Shown: piece by piece, positions 14,631 to 25,800 of the stretch | Layout of the letters: the number at the start of each line of letters is the position of its first letter | Numbering within the stretch: position 1 is the stretch's first letter | Assembly (NCBI GenBank): GCA_002633005.1 | Contig: NMRA01000781.1 | Coordinates: 72,613-136,612 of the forward strand | Source of the DNA: Phoronis australis | Lineage: Eukaryota; Animalia; Phoronida | Direction: 5' to 3' | Length of the DNA: 64,000 bases | Notes under the pieces: generated by a model | Told to the model about the DNA's origin: nothing | Databases searched by the model: none | What the model saw: only the letters and a program-made list of their open reading frames with translations | Position numbers and translations under genes: made by a program

Positions 14631-15320
14631 CTAATGACTAACTTCAGACATGTAAAATTCCGAGAAAGTGGGACCCAGAGGAGAGCCCATGCTCACACCA
14701 TCTTTTTGCAAAAACAATTTCCCATTGATATGGCGAAATGGTACTTTGGTTGTGCAGATGGTTAACAACTCTCTCGTATGAGTTGGTGAAATGTCGGGTG
14801 GCTTTAAATGTGGGTGACGGTATACACCATCCAAAATGATAGTAATGGTCTCATCCACCGGTACGTTGGTGAACAAAGACTCAGCGTCAAGCGACATAGG
14901 TTGGTAGTGGGGGGATGGCACTTGTGTGCGCAAAATGTCAATGAAATCCTCACGACATTTAATGGAGTAACGGCTCTGAATGTACGGCTTTATGATTTTA
15001 TCAAGATGCTTCGCTGTCTTGTACGTGGGCGTCAGGACTTGGGATATTATCGGCCGTAGAGGAACATCTTTTTTGTGTATTTTAGGGTTACCATAGAGAT
15101 AACCTTCGGAGTAATCACCTTCGATTTCGGAGAAAATGCGACGACCAGCCTCAGCATTTATAGCCCTAATGTGACGATTCAATTCACGTTTAAGGTCAAT
15201 GAGGGGTGACCGACTAATGCTGGTAAACTTGGAAGGGTCACATATTAATAGACTAAGTTTATCGGAATAGTCATCTTTGTTTAAAATAACATACTGGGCA
15301 GACTTGTCGGCGCGGCGAAT
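14631..15320 (-). mobile_element. Penelope-like element reverse transcriptase fragment
   Basis: IRRADKSAQYVILNKDDY, YGNPKIHKKDVPLRPIIS, SLDAESLFTNVP, DGVSMGSPLGP motifs; breaks off before the YxDD motif. Confidence 0.92.
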
Positions 15321-15409
15321 ANNNNNNNNNNNNNNNNNNNNNNNNNNNNNNNNNNNNNNNNNNNNNNNNNNNNNNNNNNNNNNNNNNNNNNNNNNNNNNN
15401 NNNNNNNNN

Positions 15410-16030
15410 GATGTTATTATTTATTATCGGAATAGGAAGTCCTCCAACTTGGTCATGAAAAATAACATTTCTAAAGCGAAAGTCCGCCCCGTTGCACAGT
15501 GTAGTGTTGTTTATGAGTTTGTATGCCCTATGAACGAATGTCTTCGTTCAAACGTCAAACAATGTTACATTGTTCAAACGGTTTGCAGTCTTTCCCGTCG
15601 GTTATCCATGCATCTTCAAAATGGCGCCATACAAGATCATTTTCTGCAATGCCACGCACGTAAAATCACCCGTCAAGACATTGTGGAAATCACGTCAATT
15701 CGCTACGTGGAGCAAGATGTTCTGCGTTTGAAAGTATTAGAGTCCCTTTTAATTGCTTTTGAAAAGCCTGTTTTGAATGAGCAGCAAACAGGGTCACGCC
15801 GCACGTTACACTTGTTTGCGTGACTTTCCTGTTACCGCAATTCATTAGTCATTCTTTACAGTATGTCACACCCGCCGTATCTCACTGTGTGTGTCGTCAG
15901 CTTATACTCTGTGGTGGCATTACTGCGTCATTTTATCTTCACTTGAGAATGAAACAAGTATGTTTCAAAATATCATGTGTCTTTTAATTATGTCGCTAGG
16001 TCAGTTACTCTATCTATGTTCAGTTGAGAG
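15410..16030 (+). mobile_element. Penelope-like element GIY-YIG endonuclease C-terminus and 3' UTR
   Basis: VVYEFVCPMNEC…YIVQT…LSRRLSMH…IQDHF…LESLLIAFEKPVLNEQ (ORF 15449-15823). Confidence 0.88.
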
Positions 16031-16774
16031 TAGAGTTTTGTTCCGAAAGTACGAACGTAATGAAATAAAGACTGTGAACAGTGAAAAGTGTCGTGCATTT
16101 AACAAATTCTGTATTACTGAAAGTATAATTAACCCTACCGGTGAAACTTGTCAAGGTCAGTGAAGACCCAACTGATGTGCTTCACACTTGTGCCAGTTAT
16201 GCTGCTATAATTTTACATAGATATCATTATGTTGATACTCAACAGTGGTTCATGTTTCGCTCATGTAGTGAGATAAATTGTTGAAACGAATTACTTAGTT
16301 TATTTTTGACTAACTACATGTGTAGATATAGATACCTTTCATGCAAGTGGCTCCTTATCCTTTTGAAAGTCTCCTTGCCTTGTTTTGATGTTTCTAATAT
16401 GTAATCAGTGACTATTATATATATCGTCTTTAGTAAAACCTTAGTTTTGTTTGTTAACCTTCGACTACTACATGTCCCACTCTTAAGATGAGCTTAGCAA
16501 CTACGAACGACATGTGTAGAGGCATGACTATTTGTTTTATGAATGGCTAAATAATCTTTCTATCTATCTATCTATCTTGGTATTTTTACCAAAAATGAAG
16601 GACAACCTTACTGGTAATCTATGGGGTTTATTTTCTCTGAGAATTCGAGTTGGTTACATTGAAGCTCGGTTGTAACAAGCATTTTCGACAGATCCAGTGA
16701 GGTTCATTGTAACCTGGCTCTACTGTATTACTTATTGTTTGGTGAAAAATATGAATTTTGTCTTTGTCTTACAG

Positions 16775-16896
16775 GCTGCCCAGCTACTCAAGTAGCATGT
16801 GAGAGTGACCGTATCGGGTGGGAGGCCATCACTTTCCTGCATGGCCAACTAGACGATGATCATAATGGGAATGTGGATTTGTCTGAGAGTGATGAG
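16775..16896 (+). CDS. STIM1: STIM exon: Cys pair and canonical EF-hand
   Basis: cttacag|GC…GATGAG|gtaggc; (G)CPATQVACESDRIGWEAITFLHGQLDDDHNGNVDLSESDE; phase 1 to 0. Confidence 0.95.
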
Positions 16897-19800
16897 GTAG
16901 GCTTCTGTCTGGTATGGTGTTGGTCATGAAAGTAGATTAGTTTATTAACTTGGTACACTGCATCATGTATCAGTCGGGTGTAGATACACTGCATGGTGTG
17001 TATCAGTGCATGGTGTGTACACTGCATGGTGTGTACACTGCATGGTGTGTACACTGCATGGTGTGTACACTGCATGGTGTGTATCAGTGCATGGTGTGTA
17101 CACTGCATGGTGTGTACACTGCATGGTATGTACACTGCATGGTATGTACACTGCATGGTGTGTACACTGCATGGTTTGTACACTGATTGGTATGCACACT
17201 GCATGGTGTGTACACTGCATGGTGTGTACACTGCATGGTGTGTACACTGCATGGTGTGTACACTGCATGGTGTGTACACTGAATGGTGTGTAGATTGCAT
17301 GGTGTGTATACTGCATCATTGTATAGGTCAAGTATAGGATTGACCACTGATGTTGTCTTATGATAACTGCTCTTCTGAGTTCAGTGCACAATATGGCAGA
17401 CATGTGAAACTACATTTTAACAAAGTTGCAAAACCAGAATTTCCGAAAATTTCCCTTCAGCAAAAATTTTTTTCAGAATTTTAGATTAATGTGACTTAAA
17501 GAAATGACAATTTTTGTGTAAAATTGAAGGTTGTAGTTACCTAGATATCCCCTAATGCGTAAATGCAACTTCAAAATGTGCATCATGTAGATTAGAAAAG
17601 TTTCTGATGAAACTATTTAAATCTCTGTCTACTGTGTTCTACTGAGCATTTTGTCTTCTATCCTGTGAGAGGGTTCTGGTGAAATGCCAATTCTGAGCTT
17701 CAATATGTGGTTGTGGTTATGATACAACTTTTTAAAACTAGTGAGAATTCTCGAGGAAAACTAAAAGTGAAAGTATTTGCCCACAATAGCTCTGCCTTTG
17801 GTCTTAGGCATGTCTGAGGTGTAAGACCTCTCCTTTGAAGGAATTAGACCATGAAGAGGTTACATGAGATTATGGCCAGTGGTTTTGAATAAACTGCTCT
17901 GACCTGACATGTTTACTTGGAGCTGCTGTAAACAATATAACAGCTTGATTTGTGTAAGGAGAGTCTCAAACTCCCTTCCATCCCCTTCTCCACCCACCTA
18001 ATACATGCAAAGCAGCTTAACTTCAGTGAGAATGGCCATCTACCATATTACCAGACTAAAATTACTGCAGTGTTTAATGTACTCCTCTTCAGAACATAGG
18101 ATCAGCCATCAGCGTAATATTTGATGCAACAGAGTAATCCTGTGGGAAGGCTTAATCCACTGGAATGAATATGGCTACCAGAGTAAAATTTTCTCATAGG
18201 TTTAACGAGAGTTCACGTGAGCGCATTCAGTTTCATTGCAACCTCAGATTTTGTTTGGTTACCTGGTAAAAGTCCCATATTACCATGTAATGGAGGCCAA
18301 GTCAGAAGAAGTCAGAGAACACGTCCTGTAATTTGCTTCAAAATTTGTAAAAACCTCCAAACTTTAAAAATTTACATTTTTCCTGGCACAGTACTTTCAA
18401 TTCACACTGTTTTATTTATTTTGTGGTAAATCTTCCATCGTCAGCACACATCAGACACGCGTGCTCAAATTACAACAGGAAGTAAACACAGATGGGGGGG
18501 GGGGCTAATTTGTTGTTGTTCAGATGTATACACGTCTTGACTATTAATAAAGATTACTTATGAACCATATATTTTTCTTATTTCATTCCGCAATTTGTGA
18601 TAAAATGTTTTGTTTGAAAAGTGCACCCGTGTCTCCACGAAATGAGATGTGTCCCGAGTAATGCCGAGTATATCCATTGGTATGTGTCGAGTGTTCTAGT
18701 GTTTTTATGTGAATTTCAACGTATTTTTAATTAAACTGGCATTGACATTTGAAAAAGAATGCCAAACCGCTGTGTAGTGGGAGGTTGTGACAATACACCT
18801 CAGGCTGAGCTGTCTGTTCACAGATTTCTAAGACTGCATAGCATGTGTGGTCAAAGTTCATAAGGAAGTACAAACAGGGCAATCAAACCATTCTTTTCTT
18901 TTTGAAAAAATTTTTATATCGAAAATTTCCAGAAACAGTCTGTACTAAATGCTTATTACTGGAAGAATGGTAAAATCTCCCTATCTGGGTTGCAATTTGG
19001 CAAACAAATGAAATATCGTTTTTTTTTCATTTTTTCACAGCATCAAAAAACTGTAGTTCTTGTGAGTTGTGAACAACTGAAAGTGAATAACAGGTTATGG
19101 CATTTTTATTGTGTCTTACACCTCTTGTAGTTTGGGTAGAAGTGTCATCAAAAGGCTATACGTCTTAGTTTGTAGCAGTTTAGCTACAGCTCTTGTTATC
19201 CTGTTCAATGCAATCTGAAGTGCGTGGTCTTCTTATCTTAAGCTGAAGTGAGCTTAATGTGTTTAATAAATATGTTACAAATAATATGTTATAATACCTT
19301 TTGAAGGTATGTGATGTATTAAACATTGCAGTGGTCAAGAACAACTACAAGTAACCACTGAGGTATGAGGAAGGGAAAATTATTGGGGAGTGGGGGGGGT
19401 GGGGGACAGGTGGGGTTGGGGGGCACGTGGGGAGTGGGGTGGGGGTACATGGGGGGCACGTGCGGGGTGGGGGGAGTCGGGGGCACAGAAAATTTCCTGT
19501 TTGCAAACAATACATTCTCTCTGTCCTGCCATTTCACATTCTACTCATTTGTTCATGTATCTCTTAAACATATTTATACATGTGCATGGATTTTTATAAT
19601 TGGAAGATGAGGTATTTCCTTGTCTTAGTTAAAATACAAACACATTGATAGCACAGACTCACTTGAAACATTCATCTGTTCAGATTCAACAAATATTCAT
19701 GCATGAAACACCTTGCCTTGTTGGAGACTTCATCCTACATTCAACAAATATTCATGCATGAAACACCTTCCCTTGTTGGAGACTTCATCCTACATTCTTC

Positions 19801-22800
19801 TTGCAGTTTATCCGTGAGGAGCTCAAATATGAGAACGGGTTTGAACGCCAAAGTAACTTCCATGCTCAGGGCCACGACAAGTTGATTAGTGTGACTGACC
19901 TGTGGAATCTATGGACTCACTCTCAAGGTACAAGATAGCTGATGTGTCTCATCGTTTGTGTCGTGCATAACATTCTCTAGAAAAGATTTTTCACTCGAGT
20001 TAATGGAAAGTCAAATTTGTGACTTGTGTTTGATATATCGGGACAAAATTAATTGAATTCATACTTATTCTAAACTGTTTTTTCGTTTGATCCTACCACG
20101 TTCGTGAGTGTGGGCGCATTTTGTAATCAATCATGTACTGGTGTCTTTAGTGTCCACAACTGTATCTTACGGTGTCTATAACAGGTCAATATTCCTAGAG
20201 TTTAGTCTCCATCTATACACTTGTTTTTGTGTCTCCATCTATACACTTGTTTTTGTGTCTCCATCTATACACTTGTTTATATGTCTCCATTCTATACACT
20301 TGTTTTTGTGTGGATAGAGTTATTATCTCTATGGATAAACTTACTAACTTAACTTACTAACTTTAACTTACTAACTTTAACTTACTAACTTTAACTTACT
20401 AACTCTATCGATAGACTTACGTAGTACTAACTATGGATATAATTAATATCTCCGAGAATAACAGAGCTGGATAGAGATGGAGTCCATCTCTATCCAGCTC
20501 TGTTATTCTGAAGAACCAGCAAGACAACTAAGTTTCTGTTGCTGTGAACACAATTTGAACATAATTTGATAGATCCAACTGCTGCAGTGCCCCCTAGTGG
20601 TAATTTTAATTGTCTGTGGCAATCTCAGCATTAACCAGGATTTCGTTGCATCTGCCAATTTTCAGACAACTAGCGCTCAGTATTAAAGGCGAAGGCAACC
20701 TTTTTCCATGTCATTTTGAGCTAAAATAAGGTTGGTTGGTTATCCTAGACATTTTCCACTTAATTACAGCTTTTCGTAAATTTATTAATTGCTCGTCCGC
20801 TTTTCCGGAAGTGACGTTTTAGGAGGCAAGCATTTCGCGCCAATTTCTTTTCATATAGTCTGACTATGAGAGCTGCCGAGTCAGCCATTGTTCTACCTCG
20901 GTTGTGTTAAGTTCCGTTGTCGTTTGGTTTCATTTACTAGTCAGTCAATATGCCACACTGTTGCTGCGTACTAGGATATACTAATTATAGGCTCACGCGC
21001 GCTTTGGGAGTACCTTTGCATCGCTTTCCGATGGATGACACACTTTGCCGTACTTGGCTCGTTCGTGTGAAGAACGCAGCGTTACCCGTCCACGCAACGT
21101 ACAAAGCAGTGGAGAATTACCGTGTGTGTGGCAAGCACTTTCTGCCGTCCGATTACGAAAGGGATTTGTACGCTGAACTCATGAAGGTCCCTGCGAAACA
21201 ACGTTTGAAGAAGGTTGTCATTCCGTCTGTGTTGATTCCCGGCGGTGCCCCGTCGCCACCCTCGAGAAGTGCGTATTTGAAGCGAGAAGCCTCGCGAGCT
21301 GTGGCCAGTACAGTGACTGGAGCCAGTGGAGGCACTTTATCTACTGTCACCCGTGCCTCCGAACGTACCCTAGAGCGTGCAATTCCTGGAACCAGTAGTG
21401 ATTAGCTCTGTGCTGTTTTCTCCAGCCCAGAGCCTCTAAGCAGCCCTGCAGCGATATTGAGTAGTGGGAGTGATTACAGGCTCAGTTCGACACCCAGTGA
21501 AGAGGACAGTTCGTCGTCCAGTGAACAGATCGGTGAGCCAAACTTTGATAAGTTTATTGTGGACTTGTCTAAAGTGTTGGAGCTATTTAGAAGGTGCCAG
21601 GTGTGTGGCGAGGGAGTCACACGACACGATGTAAGCAGTTTGGGTGCTCAGGTCACCATCCAGTGGGAGTGTGTCGCGGGACACTCTGGCAAGTGGGACA
21701 GTTGTTCCTCTGTCCGTGGTATGCCGGAGGTCCACTTAACCATGTCCAGTAGTGGCTTGGCCTCGTCGAACTCTGAACAGCACAAGCATTCCATTGAGGT
21801 AGGCATAACAACGCACACAGTGCATTTGCACCAAGATATGTCACCACGTCTGTCCTCAGTAGCCGCCTCGTTTCTCTCAACAGCTGCCTGTGCCTGTGCG
21901 TACTCTGCCTCGTTATACTCGGGCTCAAACATGTACCCACCCACTGAATGTCCGTGAAAAAATTCCTCGTCACCACTGCTGTGAACAAGGTCTCCGTCAC
22001 TCAAACTACTGTCACTGTGATACGGGTCACCGACTCCAGCCATTTTCAGCTTACAACACACTAAACAATCCCTAAATCCAACGTAGTTGAGTTCTCTACT
22101 AACCTATCTTGCCGCAGAATACTCGCCGATGGAAAGTGGTGGCGACAATTGTTGAAAAACAGCACAAAACAAAAGTAGAATAGAGCAGATTCGCACGGTA
22201 AAGTCAACGCAAAACCAAGTGGCGGGAAACGCTTGAATCCTAAAACGTCACTTCCGGAGTAGCGGACGAGTAATCTATAAAATTACGAAAAGCTGTAATT
22301 AAGTGGAAAATATGTCTAGGATAAACAACCAACCTTATTTTAGCTCAAAATGACATGGGAAAAGGTTGCCTTCGCCTTTAATTGGACTTTAAAGTTTGCT
22401 TGTGTTGCTCACTCTCATGAGTGGAAATGTTTGATAACATTATTTCCCAATATCTTTGGCATTTGTGATGCAACGAATTTTGTCAACAATTGCTAATGAA
22501 AATGTTCCTAATGTTTATGAACTTGGAATTCTTATTTAGTTGAAGACAGGTGTAGAGGTGGTCACTGCCATCTTTGAGCCAGAGAACTCAATTCCTGGCC
22601 AAGATAGACTACTGACCTGTAAATGGGAATACTTTAGTTCTATAACTTAGCATCTGGATTTTAAACATCATATCCCCATGATGGTGAAGATGAGTGCACA
22701 CCTGTGCATGTTTATTTTCACTGGCTTGGTAATACCTGCAGCCTAGTGCTGGTTCAATTATTGTACATTATGAAAAATAAGACACACAATTTCAATAAAA

Positions 22801-25800
22801 ACGACATCTTTCATTCAGTAAAATTGATCTGTCATTTTCTCTCACTTGTAAATCATCAATCTCTAGTTCGAATGCAGATAATGTGTTTTGGGATCCTTTG
22901 ACTTGGACATTATACTCAGTAACCATTGATAATCTACTTGGTGTAATATGAGTCATTGGTAACTATTAGATGAACCACATTATGCTCAGTAACCATTGAT
23001 AATCTACTTGGACATTATACTCAGTAACCATTGATAATCTACTTGGACATTATATTTAGTAACCATTGATAATCTACTTAAGCAGACGATATTTTCACAG
23101 TAGAAGCTTAGCACAATAAGATGCGTCAGTAGCAAGCTAGTAAGACTACTCGCTTAAAACGTATTTTACAGAATCCTCTTTATTTCTGTTTTGTTTAAAT
23201 TCACCTCCACATACCATACACACCCAAACCTGTCCGGGTGGGGGTGTGGGTATAAGGTGTTTGACTATAAAGATATGCACTTGCACAAGACACTCTCACA
23301 CTTGTACAAAACACTATTATTGTTGAAGTATTTTGCACCTGTGTACGAAACACCAAAACAAGGATATATTTTTAAAATTTTAATTATTGTCGAGCATTAG
23401 GTACAAATTCCTAACTGTGTTTATATGTGGTTAAATCCTGTTGTTATGGCTCTTAGTCTGACCAGTTACTCTTGTCTCTTGTAGTGCACAACTGGACGGT
23501 GGATGACGTGGTTGACTGGCTGGTTCACCATGTAGAACTCCCCCAGTATGTCAGTGTATTCAGGAATAATGCAGTGGATGGCAAGGCTCTACCCAGGTAC
23601 TCTTATTATAACTCTCTTCACCTTCCACCTATTTGTATGTGGCTGCATATTGCTGTCATCTCTGTCTGCCTATATTGTATATGTACGTGTGTACAGATAG
23701 CGTATCTGCGTAAAGAAATTAAGCGTGTGTTTTCAAAAGTTTACAGAGTTGTGTGGTCATGGCCCTACATAAATCAACCTTGATGAAATGCAAAACGTGT
23801 CTTCAAATTTAGATTAATAAAAAGTTTCAGGCATACCACTTACAATATAAGTTCTTAATGCACACGACTACTGTAATGGAACCAACTGTGCATTGTACGA
23901 GAGAACGTTTGTGTACAATAGTCATACATGCGTCAATCGTCGTCAGACCAGTCGGACAAAAATTTGTGATTTTTGCTGTATTGTGTTAATTATATCCTGA
24001 TTTATGTGGGTCTGTCATCTGCCAGATGTTAAGTCAAATGTACAAACCAATTATGGAAAGTAAGCTAACATGATCTACTTAATGAATTAATATATGTATA
24101 TCATAATGTTAAGTCAAATGTACAAACCAATTATGGGAAGTAAGCTAACATGATCTACTTAATGAATTAATATATGTATATCATAATGTGTTTGTTCACA
24201 ACAGAGCCACTGCTCACAAAGATAGTGTTTTTCTCTATTTACCCTATGTGTCTATCTCCACAGACATGCACAATGAGCTGGTTACAAATTAACTGCTGAC
24301 ACTGTTTCCTGAGACAGTGTGTGTAACCATGCCTATTGATCTCACTCAGCTCAGTCCGCGTTCATTTGGATACGAAGTTCATCTATTTCCGTGTGATGTT
24401 ATCACGTGCTACATTACTACATATAGTATAATATAGCTTTTGCCGAGGAGGCAGTGTGGCCTGGTTGACAAGTGCCCGCTTTCTTTACTCGAGGTCGTGG
24501 GTTCAAGTCCCACCAGGTCACACTGCTAAACCCTTGAGCCAGGTTTCCAGCTCCTCAGCTCGGTTTTAACCATATATCAATAAAGCATAAAACTATTTCC
24601 AGGTGATCAGTGCAATGGGCCCACATGCGAGGCCTGCGCACGTCTGATACAACGTGTATCAGACCGCCTGCAATTATTATTTTTTTTTATATAGCTTTTG
24701 CAACATTTTTGGTGCGTTTTCCTTATTTTCGAATAAATTGATATACTTAAGCTATACGGTCAAACTGCGAGACTATGTGGACAGGCACTGGTATCTTGGA
24801 AATTGTCCCTATAGCATCTGCCGTTCAATGTATTCAAAATACGTGTTCAAACTAAGAATACCGACCTCATGTACACTCACTCATTGGCTGCATTTCTCAG
24901 TTATGCTAGAAGTAAAATGGCACACTATCTCAAGATTAGGTATACATCAACTAGGCCCTTTAGGGTAACTCAATTCATCTTGACTTTAAGTAAAGAAAGG
25001 CTTTGAATATAAGCTTTCAAATGTGGACAGGGTCAGATAAAATCTGTATTTTTTTAACAGCTAACCAATTTTCAAAAACACAACTTGCCTATTATTGAGA
25101 CAGCTTGAATGAGCTCACAATTTCGTGCCTTTGTGTAATATAACTTGATGCACATCATGTTGAAAAACCAATGATGGCAGTCTTGCGGCACATGATTTAT
25201 ATTTACATCAAACGGAGATAAGGTATCAAGTTTCATAGCAAGTGCGTTTGACAATAAAGTGCAGCAACTTGCCAAGGCGAAATTTTACTCTGAGTTATAG
25301 TACAGTGGAAGCAGAATGTCGTGAAAAAAACATTCTGGCGTTCAAGGTAAGATTGACATGATTGGTTAACAAATGTGTTGCTTGGAAATGAGTTTCGTCC
25401 AAGTTTTAAAAAATGGCAAGGAGATTTGAAATGATTCAGAGGTGATCTGTAGATTGTGATGCACAGCAACATATGTACATTAATGTTTTTATCGTCATAG
25501 TTGCGCATGCCAGCTTCACGTGTTATATTGCATTTGTCATTTCTGATGTGCGTTTCACTGTGAACTAGCCTACTGACAAAGGTATTTGTCTCCATGCTGA
25601 TAGTGACTGTCCTGAGCGTTATAAGATAGCTGTTTTAGTCAATCACTTAAAGAGAGCTCACAATATTTCGCCAGACTGGAAACTGTTCATTAGTGAAGTC
25701 CAACATGTAATACAACTTCTAATAAGTAATGGTTACACAAATTCATTTGTGGTTAAGCACATTAATCGGTTTGTCTCAAAAGTTGAACATCATTAACATG

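Larger units (their letters stand above)
20687..22377 (+). mobile_element. Kolobok-type DNA transposon, internally deleted
   Basis: TTAA at 20683-20686 and 22378-22381; ~140-bp TIRs starting AGGCGAAGGCAACCTTTT; THAP-transposase 5' part on + and convergent Cys-rich ORF on -. Confidence 0.88.

Noticed and set aside
16860-17403. Six overlapping Cys/His-rich ORFs
   Set aside because: Translations of a 16-bp minisatellite with no stops; no coding evidence.
20950-21405. Domesticated host THAP gene nested in STIM
   Set aside because: It lies between intact TIRs with a TTAA TSD and continues in frame past a stop into transposase-like sequence, so it is part of the transposon.
24445-24520. Possible tRNA gene
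   Set aside because: A and B boxes are present but there is no acceptor/anticodon stem pairing; it continues into a SINE-like body.
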